64,000 nt of DNA from the NCBI GenBank assembly GCA_043228905.1, contig JBHGNT010000009.1, positions 11,098,001-11,162,000 on the forward strand. The letters are read 5' to 3'. Under the pieces are notes generated by a model, which was not told the DNA's origin, made no database searches, and was given only the letters and a program-made list of their open reading frames with translations. The translations under genes were made by a program, and so were the position numbers. Below, piece after piece: positions 29,101 through 39,240 of this stretch; positions within the stretch are counted from its first letter, which is position 1, and every line of letters starts with the position of its first letter. The stretch is from Azolla caroliniana (lineage: Eukaryota > Plantae > Polypodiophyta).

Positions 29101-29756
29101 ACTTTATCGAACACATCAGCATACTGACGATACTTCTCGGGAAGTTGAACGGTGGACTCCTCTTTGGTGGTGCTGGAGGGTTGTACTGATATTGCAAAGA
29201 GAAACATTTCCTCCTTGCGCCCTTCCTCACGCAACTGACGTAGCGAAATGGTTGCAACCTTCTGGGTAGATCCTTGGGTTTGTCGCAACCGGATTTCCCT
29301 TGTCCTCCAATCTATGTCTGGGTCATGTAACTCGAACCATGGTAATCCTAAAACTATGGGATGTTCTGGAATACTAATAATATTAAATGATACTACACAT
29401 GTTAAGTTATCTAGGACAATATTAACGGGTTCCAACTCTTCTATGATATTACCAGAAGCAATGGGACGACCATCAATGACTACTACTGAGGCTGGACATG
29501 GGAGCTTTTTGAGAGATATTTGATGAGCTCGGGCAAAATTCCTATCCATGAAGCAAGAATTAGCTCCGGAATCTAGAAGGGCTAAGGTATGTACTGGAGG
29601 GGTACTTTTAGTACTAACTGCTACTTGGGCTACGAACACATCACTAACTTGCTTAGAGGGAATGGAACCACTAATGGGCTGCACAGATCTAGGGCTGTCC
29701 AACCAAATGGCTCCTATTTTGGCTGGACTTAGTCGTTTAACTCTTCTTCTAATTGG
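26145..29756 (-). CDS. Pol (protease, RT, RNase H, integrase, chromodomain), in the -1 frame relative to gag
   Basis: LLDSGA, YLDD, DASD/DHKNL, HHCC/DDE/GPF motifs and YEVAAILD..YLVDWLGY..TWEP chromodomain; no ATG start (the track uses TTG at 29702); frame open from 29756. Confidence 0.95.
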   Translation of the reverse strand, partial: PIRRRVKRLSPAKIGAIWLDSPRSVQPISGSIPSKQVSDVFVAQVAVSTKSTPPVHTLALLDSGANSCFMDRNFARAHQISLKKLPCPASVVVIDGRPIASGNIIEELEPVNIVLDNLTCVVSFNIISIPEHPIVLGLPWFELHDPDIDWRTREIRLRQTQGSTQKVATISLRQLREEGRKEEMFLFAISVQPSSTTKEESTVQLPEKYRQYADVFDKVQANTLPHHRPYDCAIDLQPGKEPPWGPIYNLSPTELEVLRAYIEENLENGFIRHSKSPAGAPIFFVKKKDGSLRLVVDYRGLNKVTVRNRYALPLISSLLERINGAKFFTKIDLRGAYNLVRIRPGDEWKTAFRTRYGHFEYTVMPFGLTNAPAVFQHMANDIFRDLLDDFLIIYLDDLLVYSKTQEEHDSHVLLVLKRLREHGLYAKLEKCSFGCNQVEFLGYVISSEGISMDPAKVKTMIEWHTPRSVRDVQCFLGFANFYRKFIQNYSKIVLPLTQLTRKGQSFIWSKETDMAFESLKKAFTSAPILGHVDPEKPFIIEADASDFALGSILSQQGNDEKLHPVAFHSRKFDAAEINYEIHDKELLAIVDSFMQWRHFLEGSPHQVTVFSDHKNLAYFQDARVLNRRQARWAHFLTRFDFKITYRPGKHQGKADALSRRSYLTPRPGEPAFDNQKQVILGPARLQAAQVFDMPVDSDITNTIREDLKTDAFAQAILAQIDPSRASCSQSQSPGTDYRQFKYCDGLLFFKELLYVPNGSCRLRVVQNCHDTYTAGHFGSTKTLDLVQRSFWWPRMRQFVEDFVRTCDTCCRAKMPRHHPYGLLEPLPIPSKPWQSIALDFITDLPVSKGFSAILTVVDRYTKMAHFLPCTKEISSEDTAEIVMREVCRHHGLPDNIISDRGPQFVSKFWKHLFKMLKVTCNLSSGYHPQTDGQAERTNQTLEQYLRCFLNYHQNDWADILQFAEFAYNNAIHASTKVTPFYAYTGYHPRWCVLETPEVSTNPCAEDRLERLRKIQADLSTQLQQAQQSHKDYADRHRLPSSFNIGDRVWLLRRHIKTTRPCEKLDYRRLGPFRIIGKINDVAFRLELPPQLRIHPVFHSSLLEPYHESTIPGRTIQPPPPIELEDGPEYEVAAILDSKIVRNKLYYLVDWLGYSPSERTWEPIENVTNARALLEDFHRRYPEKPGPQSKTTRETRRFKGGIVS

Positions 29757-30898
29757 CTAAGGACATCAAATTTGTTTGCGAGATTCGGACTATTAGTACT
29801 ATTAGGACTATTATGACTATGAGGATTATCAGAGATTCCTACTGAAATAGACTCGGGTTTAGTATAGTCAGAACTAACAATGACTTGGTTTACCTGCCTT
29901 CTTGGTCTATGGGGACAGTTTATCGCGATATGCCCTGGTCCACCGCAATAAAGGCATAATCGGTTTGTTCGGCGTCGTTGCTTTTCCTCCTCCGATAGCG
30001 GCCCACGACGACGTGTAGTGTCAATTTCCATTGGAGTTGGAGTACTTACTGGAGGCGCATTATGTGACTCCCTTTGAAAAGGTTTCGCTACCACTGAGGC
30101 ATAGGTAGGCTCGGATCTTGCCCTCGGCATCTGAAATTGTCGTTCCGAACGTCGCTCGAAGAGGCGGTTGTCACATCTGACCGCTCGACTGATTGCTTCT
30201 GTTAATGATTTTGGCTCTTCAGGGAAAGTCAAGAGTAAATCCTTGACATCGTTGCGTAGACCATAGCGGAACTGCTCCATCAATGCTTGATCATCCCAGG
30301 GGATATCGGCGGCGAGTAGGCGGAAATCTGCAGCATATGCGGAGGCTGGACGGTCACCTTGGCGTAATCGCCGGATTTTGTTGATTGCAATCCTTATGCT
30401 GTCAGTATCTCCAAAACATGCTTTAAACTCACTTATGAATTCTTCAAAATTATTTAGTACTGGAGATTCCTTTTCTAGTAGCGGAGCGAACCATGCTAAT
30501 GCTGAGCCATTTAACAACGTGCCTACTAAACCCACTCGTGATGCATCGGTGGGATATCGGGACGGATGCATTTGAATAACTAACCGTACCTGGTTAAGAA
30601 ACCCTCTAAACTGCGATCGCGTTCCATCGAACTTCGTGGGAAGGCCAATCTTGGGTTCTTTATGAATCCCTTGTGCTCCGTGCCCTTGTTGTTGCATTGC
30701 TACGATGGTTGCTTCGAGTTGTTGCACGCGTAACGCAAGTTCCCCATGCTGTTGTTGCGTTTGCTGCTTTTCTAAGGAAATTTGCTGAAGATCCCCCAAC
30801 AAGCGTTGATTTTCTTGTTCCAAAGCATGAAACTTCTCTTTCAAGCATTGAAATTCCGAGAAAACGGATTGATACTCTTCAGCGCTAACGGTGGCCAT
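29729..30898 (-). CDS. Gag (N-terminal coiled coil, capsid, CCHC knuckle), 389 aa
   Basis: PTKFDG..FL, LRQGDRPASAYAADF and CLYCGGPGHIAINC motifs. Confidence 0.95.
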   Translation of the reverse strand: MATVSAEEYQSVFSEFQCLKEKFHALEQENQRLLGDLQQISLEKQQTQQQHGELALRVQQLEATIVAMQQQGHGAQGIHKEPKIGLPTKFDGTRSQFRGFLNQVRLVIQMHPSRYPTDASRVGLVGTLLNGSALAWFAPLLEKESPVLNNFEEFISEFKACFGDTDSIRIAINKIRRLRQGDRPASAYAADFRLLAADIPWDDQALMEQFRYGLRNDVKDLLLTFPEEPKSLTEAISRAVRCDNRLFERRSERQFQMPRARSEPTYASVVAKPFQRESHNAPPVSTPTPMEIDTTRRRGPLSEEEKQRRRTNRLCLYCGGPGHIAINCPHRPRRQVNQVIVSSDYTKPESISVGISDNPHSHNSPNSTNSPNLANKFDVLSQLEEELND

Positions 30899-31119
30899 GG
30901 GATGAAGGAAAAGGGAAATAAGAGACTAGTAGGAAAGGAGGGAGACAGAAGGAAGAGGGAGACTAGTAGTGGAAATCGGTTCAAACTGTCAGGAACTCTA
31001 TTAAGGCAGAGAAGGAATTAGTACTAAAAGAAGGATTAGTACTATTGTTGGGGAATAGTACTAAGACAGAGAAGGATTAGTACTATGAGAGGTGTCGAAC
31101 TTTGAGAGAAGGAATGAGT

Positions 31120-31155
<36 letters not shown>

Positions 31156-34100
31156 TGATGCGAAAGATATATGTATTATATGACGGAAGATATACAACAG
31201 TAGTTAGAAGGCTTAAGACTGGCGTTGAACCGATTTGGTTCGAACTAATGCCTTGCGCCTCCTTTTATAGTGTCTTCTGGAATACTCCTGAAGTTTCTAG
31301 AATGTTCCAGAGAAATCTGGAATATACATCAATTTCCCAATAAAACCTAAATGAAAATAATATCCTTCAAATTACAATTCATAACCTAATGGTAAAGTCT
31401 CGACCCGTGTAACAAAAGGTTATGGGTTCGAGTCTAGTTATGACAGTGGGTGGAGACCCCCGACAAAGGAAGGAACACATTAGTGCTCCTCCGGGAGTTT
31501 GAGGAACGCTTCGTGCGCCTCTCGGTGCTTGACCGGACCATTCTGAACACAAGTCGTGTCCTATTGTTTGTTAAGTCAGTTGACGAGCGGGATCGGGAGC
31601 AAGTAGGCCTCCTATTGGACACTGATGACGGGTTGACAGCCGACTGGGCCGTGGTGAAGAGGGTTTGTGGCCGTTTCGACAAACAGCGGGAATGGGTTGA
31701 CAAAGGATCGACAGGGGCGGGCTCTGTCGCAGCAAGGAAGCTCGAGCCAACACCACCAACGCGAAGGGAAGAGACCCGAGATTGGCTCGAGACCGGATCG
31801 TCTTCGACCGGCATGGTCAAGGGCTCGCCCGGGGAAGCAGCTCTGGAGGAATTGACGCGGATGGTAAAGGATCTCCAGATCGCCCAGGCACGGAGGGATG
31901 GTGACGAACAGGCCCGTGACCGACGACCTCTGGCTGGAAACATGTGCATGTGGTTTCACGTGGTTGGCCACATCCGGAAGGACGGCAAGGACTTTGCCGA
32001 GGCAATGAGAAGCAACGTGGTGTACCTGTGGAACGGTCGGGTGCATGCCAACGAGACCCGAAGGCCCCTGGATCTGAACGTCTGGCGAGGAGGTATGAAA
32101 AGGCTGATGGAGGAGGCGGCGGCTCGTCACGCGGAGACCGTCCACTACTCGGCGTCAACTGGTATTCGGGTCGGAGGTGGCGAGGCCCCGAAGAAGAACA
32201 AAGCCGGGTTCTGTCCGACGATGCTAGAAGGCCTTGCCGGCGCACGACTAAGGAAAGAAGAGGCGAACCGCGCGGGAAAACGGGTCCGGGAGGTAACCGG
32301 GTGGAGTGACCCGGTGGAAGACAAGACGGGCTTCGTCGAAGCCGCTTGTCAAAACTACGAGGCTCTGGTGGAGGACAAGCGGGTAGGAAAAACCGGAGGG
32401 GCCGGACCCTCGCAACGATATGAAACTCAATTCGGGCAAAGGCGGAATGAGGCCGATGTAACCGGCGCCCAGGATAATCCCAAGAAGGGCGGGTACCGAT
32501 TGGGCACAGAAATCGAAAGATCCACGGACCTGCGAAAGGTCCTGGAAGAACGAATCCTTGATAGCAAGGTGGAACTGTTGCTGAGGGAACTGCTCGGGAT
32601 CGCCAAGAAGGAGTTCCACGACTCCATCGTAGACTTGGTAAAAAGGAAGAGGCTGTCGACGGAGACAGAACCGGAGAAGCCGGTGGAGGTGCGAACGACG
32701 CACATAGAGGACATGGCGCTGGAAGACGAGTTGGCGGAGAGCCACTATTCGAGGCCGCACTGGGCCAGAGCGACCACGGAGACCCCCGTGAAGATCGGAG
32801 ATGGTCATGAACCGGTGGTGGCGTTGGTGGACCACGATTCAGAAATCAATTTGATGTCCATGGACTTCTACAAGAAAGGGAAATGGCCGATCAACACCAA
32901 GCACGGGGGGAAAATACGGGCAGCGACGCGTGCCACCGAAGAACTGCATGGAGCCTGCCCGAATGTATGAGTAAAGATCGGCGATGCCGAGATTGACCAG
33001 CACTTCTTCGTGCAGGAGACGTCCTCACACCCGGTTATACTAGGAGAACCGTACATCACGGCAGCACGGATGGAGACCAAGGTGCTGGACAACAGCTCGG
33101 CCTATGCAAGGGTCAAGAGCCAGGATGGGCGCCACTCGGTCCAGTTCCTGACGGTGAGAGCGAACCATGAGCGGAACCGCGAGACCCTTGGGGGCGAAAG
33201 CCGAGAGGATTTTTAGAGAGGGCTATCAATGCGTGGGGCCGCGATAGTCCGGACACTCTGGGAAAACCCCACAAGTATACGATAGCGAAGTAGGAAATTT
33301 TGGTTCTCCGACAATGGAGGGTGTACGATAGTCGATGTCGTTGGCCGGAAGAAGAAAAGGGCGGAGGAGCGACTTCGGGCATGTGGTATCCTCGGCCCTG
33401 GAGAGGAAATCAACGGAGCCGTGGAGACGGTCGCTTTCGACGATACCTTGGGGGAGCTGCGAGAGGTAGTCGGAGGAGTCCTTAAAGAGAACCGGATGAT
33501 TCCGGTATGTTCGGAAAGGATGTACGAAGTCATCGCGGACTTCTGTAGAGGGCTCGAGTCGGATCAGACGGCCCGGGTGGACACGAGGTACAAGACTGTG
33601 GAGCGGAAGGTGAGGCCAGTCGCGACTCCCTTGCCGGAGGGCAACGAGTTGCGAATACAGGGGGTTGCGTCGGACCCGAGTTTACGAAATCCGGCCCGCA
33701 TAGGACACACGTTCACCGACATAACGCTACGTGAGCTCAAAATTGGTGGGGGCGGCTTCCTACTGCTGGCGGAAGAGGACCAGTTTCGGGGAATGCTCGG
33801 AAGGCACGGGAAGGCTTTCGCATTCTCACCGGAGGAGATCAGGTGCGTAGACCCGACAGTCGTAGAACCGATGGTGATATTCACGGTACCGAATGTGCCG
33901 TGGAGTCTCAAACCGATTCCAGTACCCAGAGCTCACATCCCGAAGCTGATGGAGCTGTTAAAGCAGAAGGTCGAGATGGGCATCCTCGAACCGTCGAGTG
34001 CCCCATACTCGAATCGGTAGTTTACCATGCCGAAGAAGGACGGCACGCTGCGCTTTATTCAAGACCTGCAGCCGGTCAACAAGGTGACCATTCGAAACGC

Positions 34101-36480
34101 AGGAATCGGGCCGACAGTAGACGAGTTCGCGGAGGCCTTCGCCGGAAGGTCGATTTACTCGGTCGGTGATCTCTACTCGGGGTACGATCAGTTCCAGCTA
34201 GCCATAGAGAGCAGAGACATCACGACAATGTGAACTCCTCTCGGCCTAGTACGGATGTGTACCCTACCACGAGGGACGAACTCGTTGGCTCACATGGTGA
34301 ACGCAATGAACAAGGTACTGAGGGATTGTATCACGGACATCACCATGCCGTTTTTGGATGACGTCCCGATCAAGGGATGCCCGGTGGAGGAAAAGGACGA
34401 GACGATCGGACCAGACGGGTGCCGGAAATTCGTGGCGACGCACATCGATGACTGCGAGAAGGTGTTGTAGAGGTTAGAGGGCGCAAGGCTTACCTTCTCC
34501 GGGGGAAAATCGGCCTTCGGGCAATCAGAGATCATGATCGTCGGACACCTATGCGGGTCGTACGGCTGGAAACCGTCTCCGGCTAAGGTAGAAGCCATCT
34601 CCGCGATGAAGCACGACTGTAGCTCGGTCACGGAGGTTCGGAGGTTCTTGGGAGCATGCACGTTCTACCACATATGGATCCCGCATTACGCCCATGTCGC
34701 GGAGCCGTTATACGGGTTGCTAGAAAAAAAGCGAAAATTCGAGTGGAGAGACGACCATACGGAGTCTGTCTGAAAGATGGAGGAAGCACTTGCCGCAGCT
34801 CCGGCGCTCCGAAAGGCTGTCTACGGAAAAAACACTCCAATTTACGGAACGGTAGACACGAGTTCGACCGGGATTGGATGGGTCATCAACCAAGAGGACG
34901 AGGACGACATGCGTTTCCCGATCCAGTTCGGCGCGAAGGTCCTCAGCGAGCGATAGCGAGGATACGCCCAGGTTAAACGCAAGATCTGGGGTATCGTTTC
35001 GGCGGTAAAGGCCGATAAAGACTACCTGATCGGGACAGGGGTAATTATCTATACGGACTGCCTGCCAATTCTTGGCAGGGTTTTCGGATGCACGACGCCG
35101 GACCTGGCAATGCTTAGGTGGATAGCGTACATCATGTCCCTGAATCCGGAAATACGACACATTTCCAGGAAAGACAATGCCATGGCCGACATGCTTTCAA
35201 GGGCGAGGTTCGAAAACGCGGGCGGCATGGTTTCGGAGGACGAGGAAGTCAGCGTGGACTTCTTCGAGGCGGCTTACGTAACAACCGGCAGGGAATGCAC
35301 TCCAACGCTTAACGATTTCGACGAGAGCAAGTACAATGGGGAGTGGCTGTAGATCGGCGGGTTCCTGAAAACAATCACACCGGATGCGGCATGGACAAAG
35401 GATGAGGCCAACCGGATTCGGAAGAAAGCCTACCGGTTCTTTCTCCGGGACAGGTACATATGGAAGCACCCAAAGAAGAGGAACGACATCCCGCTCCGAG
35501 TGGTGGCGATGAAGGAGGAACAGCAGGATTTGCTGGCGGCGTACCACGATAGTCCTTGGGCTGGACACCGTGGGACGTGGGCCACGTTCGAAAAGCTAAA
35601 GGGGAAGTACTGGTGGCCGGGACTATACCGGGACGTGCATCGGTTCGTGACGACTTGCAAAAGCTGTCAAGCGCACTCCATGATCCGACACCGGGACGAG
35701 CTTCACCCGACCTACCCTCCGACCGTCCACTTCAAGTGGATGGTGGATTTGGTGACAATGCCAATGGGGGTAGGACAGATGCGGTATCTAGTGCTGGCTC
35801 GGGAGGATCTAACGAACCAGGTTGAAGGCCGAGCCCTACAGAACAAGAAGACTGCAGCCGTGTGCCGGTTTTTTATTGAGGACGTGGTATGTCGATACGG
35901 GTGCGTAGGGAAGATCGTGGCTAACCGTGGTGAGTTGGACGCAGAAGAGGCCGAAGAGTTGTTCGACCGGCTAGGAGTCAAACTTTCACTCACCACAGCA
36001 TACAATCCAAAGGCGAACGGGAAGGTAGAGCGCGGACACGAGCCGGTTGTCAAAGCGCTAGTACGGGCGTGCGGAGGCCAAGTCGGGAACTGGCCACGGC
36101 TGCTGCCTTATGCCTTGTGGGCGGACCGGACTACGCATAGTTCAGTAACCGGGTTCATGCCGGCAGAGCTTATGTTCGGACATAAGCTGATCATGCCAAC
36201 AGAGCGAACGATCTCCTCGTGGGATGAGATGAGCCGGGAGGAACTATTGGCGGCGCGGATTCGACAACTCGAGCGGAGGCCGAAGGACGTAGAGCGAGCC
36301 GCGGAGAAACTTCGGGTAGCGAGGATAAGGAACAAAGCCTGGTTCGACCGAACATACCGGTTCCGGCCAAGGAAGATCAAGGAAGGTGACTGGGTGCTAG
36401 TCTACGACAGTAGCCTCGACAATCAGCACAGGGCCACGCGGAAGTTTGCGAGGAGGTGGTTCGGGCCTTACGTAGTAACA

Positions 36481-39240
36481 GCCGGTGATCACGGATGTGT
36501 CCAGATGGGGAATGAAGGTACATGCCGAATTGTCGGCATAGGAGACGTGTGGCTAACAACACCAACCGGATGCAAGTTGCTGCTCAAGGATGTCCGACAC
36601 GTTCCGGAGGTTCGTCTGAACCTGATATCAGCCGGTCGGCTAGATGATGAAGGCTACACGGGTAGCATCCGGAACGGTGACATGAAGTTCAGCAAAGGGA
36701 GCCTGATTGTGGCTCGGGCCCGGAAGGTCAACACACTGTACTTGATGAATGCCCGGTTATGTCCGAAAGAAGTGAACGTGGCATCCGACACTCCCGGTGA
36801 GTTGTGGCACAAGAGGCTGTGTCATATGAGCGAGATGGGGATTAAGAGGCTTGCAGACGACAACCTCATTCCAGTGAAGAACGCGCACTTGGAGAAGTGC
36901 ACTGATTGTCTGGCCGGTAAGCAAAACTGGACCTCCTTCCGACCAAGGCCACCGATGAGACGTAATGCACCACTGGAGTTGGTGCATACGGATGTGTGTC
37001 AAGTAGACACGAAGTCACATGCCGGAGCGCAGTATTTCGTGACGTTCATAGATGACCACAGCCGGAAGCTGTGGGCCACACCGTTGAAGACGAAGGATCA
37101 GGTGCTATCCGTCTTCAAAGAGCTCCACGCGAGAGTGGAAAGAGAAACCGGCCGGAAGCTGAAGGCGGTTCGAGCAGATAACGGAGGAGAATACTGGGGG
37201 CAGTTCGAGGAGTACTGCCGCTCGAAGGGAATCCGGCTTGAATTTACCGTGCCGAAGACGCCGGAACTAAACGGATTGGCCGAGAGGATGAACCGGACCA
37301 TAATGGAGAAGGTCCAGAGTATGCTAGCGCATGCAAAACAACCCAAGAAGTTTTGGGATGAGGAATTGTCGACGGCGACATATGTGATAAATAGATCATC
37401 CTCAATACCCTTGGACGAAGACACGCCATAGAGAGTATGGACCGGTAAGGAAGTATCCTACCGGCATCTGAAGGTATTCGCGTGTCTCGCGTATGTGCAT
37501 GTAGCTAAGGACCGGAGAGGAAAGTTGGATCCAAAGACCCGGCCATGCATATTCCTCAGTTACGGTGACGATGAGTTTGGCTACCGAGTGTGGGACCTGG
37601 TCGACAAGAAGGTATTCCGGAGTCGAGATATTATCTTCATGGAAGACAAGACGCTCGCCGACTGGGAGTCGGAGAAGAAGATAATGAACTCTGAGTCGAC
37701 CGGTAAGGATCGACTCTACGACGAGCAAATCCAACCGGCAAGAGACCGGTTACCACTCGAGGGACCAGCCGGTTACGGTGAGGATATCGAACCGGCAGAA
37801 GAAGAAGTAGAGGAAGTTGAAACCGGAACCGGCCAAGACCCCGAATCAGATTCGGATGAAGAGCAAATAGAGGAGCCGGATACCGAAGCCCAGAGACAGA
37901 GATATCCTCTCAGAGAGAGAAGGGCCCCCCAGAGATTTCCGGATGCAGAGCATGTTCTGCTGACCGATGAGGGGGAGCCGGAAAGCTTCAAAGAAGCGAA
38001 GGATGACACCCACAGCCGAAAATGGTTAAGTGCCATGCAGGACGAGATGGATTCCCTGCATGAGAACCATACGTACGAATTGGTGGAGTTGCTAAAAGGA
38101 AAGCGGGCACTCCGAAATAAGTGGGTCTACAAGTTGAAACCGGGAGATGCTGGCAACCCCCCGAGATACAAAGCCAAGATCGTGGTGAAGGGGTTCCAAC
38201 AGAAGAAGGGCGTGGACTTCAACGAGATATTTGCCCCGGTAGTAAAGATGACCTCCATCCGGACGGTGCTGAGTATAGCGGCAAGCATGGACCTCGAGGT
38301 AGAGCAGCTAGACGTGAAGACGGAATTCCTTCACGGCGACCTCGAAGAGGAGATCTACATGCAGCAATCGGAAGGATTCGTGGAGAAAGGGAAGGAGCAC
38401 CTGGTTTGCCAGTTGAAGAAGAGCCTCTACGGGTTGAAGCAGGCCCCCCCGCAATGGTACCGGAAGATCGACTCCTTCATGACTGATCAAGGGTACCACA
38501 AGACGCAGGCCGATCACTGCGTGTTTGTGAAGAAGTTCGAAGGAGGCGACTTCCTGATACTCCTTCTGCACGTGGATGACATGTTGATCGTCAGACGGGA
38601 CCAAGCCAAAATACGGATGCTGAAGAAGGCTCTCAACCGGACCTTCTCAATGAAAGACTTGGGTCCGGCAAGACAGATGCTGGGGATGCATATTATCTGG
38701 AACCGGTCAATGAAGCAATTGCGGCTATCACAGGAGAAGTACGTGACAAAAGTGCTTCAGCGGTTCAACATGTCAGATGCAAAACCGGTCAGATCGACAC
38801 TTCCGGCAAACTGCAGGTTATCCGGTAAGCAAAGCCCGAAGACAAAAGCAGAGAAGGCGGATATGATGAAGATTCCATATGCCTCTGTCGTCGGGAGCTT
38901 GATGTACGCAATGGTTTGTACCCGACCGGATATAGGATACACAGTCGGAGTGATGAGCCGGTTTATGAGCAATCCCGGCAAGGAGCACTGGAACGCGGTC
39001 AAATGGATACTCCGTTATTTGAAGGGTACTTCAAATATGTGTCTCCGATTCGGCTCCGGAAAACCTCAACTTGACGGTTTCACCGATTCGGACATGTCGG
39101 CTTATGTGGATACCAATCGGTCTACATCCGGGTATGTAATGACATATGCAGGGGGAGTTTTTTCGTGGCAGTTGAGGCTGCAGAAGACGGTTGCATTGTC
39201 AACCACGGAGGCGGAGTACATGGCGGCTGTGGAAGCCGGC
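36481..39240 (+). mobile_element. Tnt1/Tork-like Copia pol fragment (late protease, integrase, RT, start of RNase H), truncated at both ends
   Basis: VRHVPEVRLNLIS, LWHKRLCH, TPELNGLAER, QLDVKT, HVDD and ALSTTEAEY motifs. Confidence 0.9.

Larger units (their letters stand above)
25686..31445 (-). mobile_element. Intact, recently inserted Tcn1-like chromovirus (Ty3/Gypsy); LTRs 25686-26152 and 30987-31445, TSD GTGGG
   Basis: The LTRs differ by 2 substitutions and a (GA)n length change; PPT at 26153-26166; gag and pol uninterrupted. Confidence 0.97.
24556..36480 (+). mobile_element. Non-chromovirus Ty3/Gypsy element (possibly Phygy-like), tRNA-Trp primed: 5' LTR 24556-25280, gag-PR, RT-RH-IN; 3' end lost; hosts the Tcn1 element
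   Basis: LTR starts TGTCGTGAAG; PBS TGGTGAACCCGACGTGAA at 25286-25303; gag 25325-25685 continues at 31446; RT (PFLDD), RNase H and integrase with several stops. Confidence 0.9.

Noticed and set aside
29690-29717. Pseudoknot pairing of the Tcn1 frameshift-stem loop (TAGGAGC) with the downstream GCCCTA, with apparent covariation in the second copy
   Set aside because: Only 1 nt separates stem 1 from the second pairing strand, too short to cross an 11-bp stem; the changes are common transitions.
36480-39240. AGCCGG at both ends of the Tork-like fragment as a TSD
   Set aside because: The motif belongs to the Copia reading frame at both ends and the flanks are different elements; probably chance.
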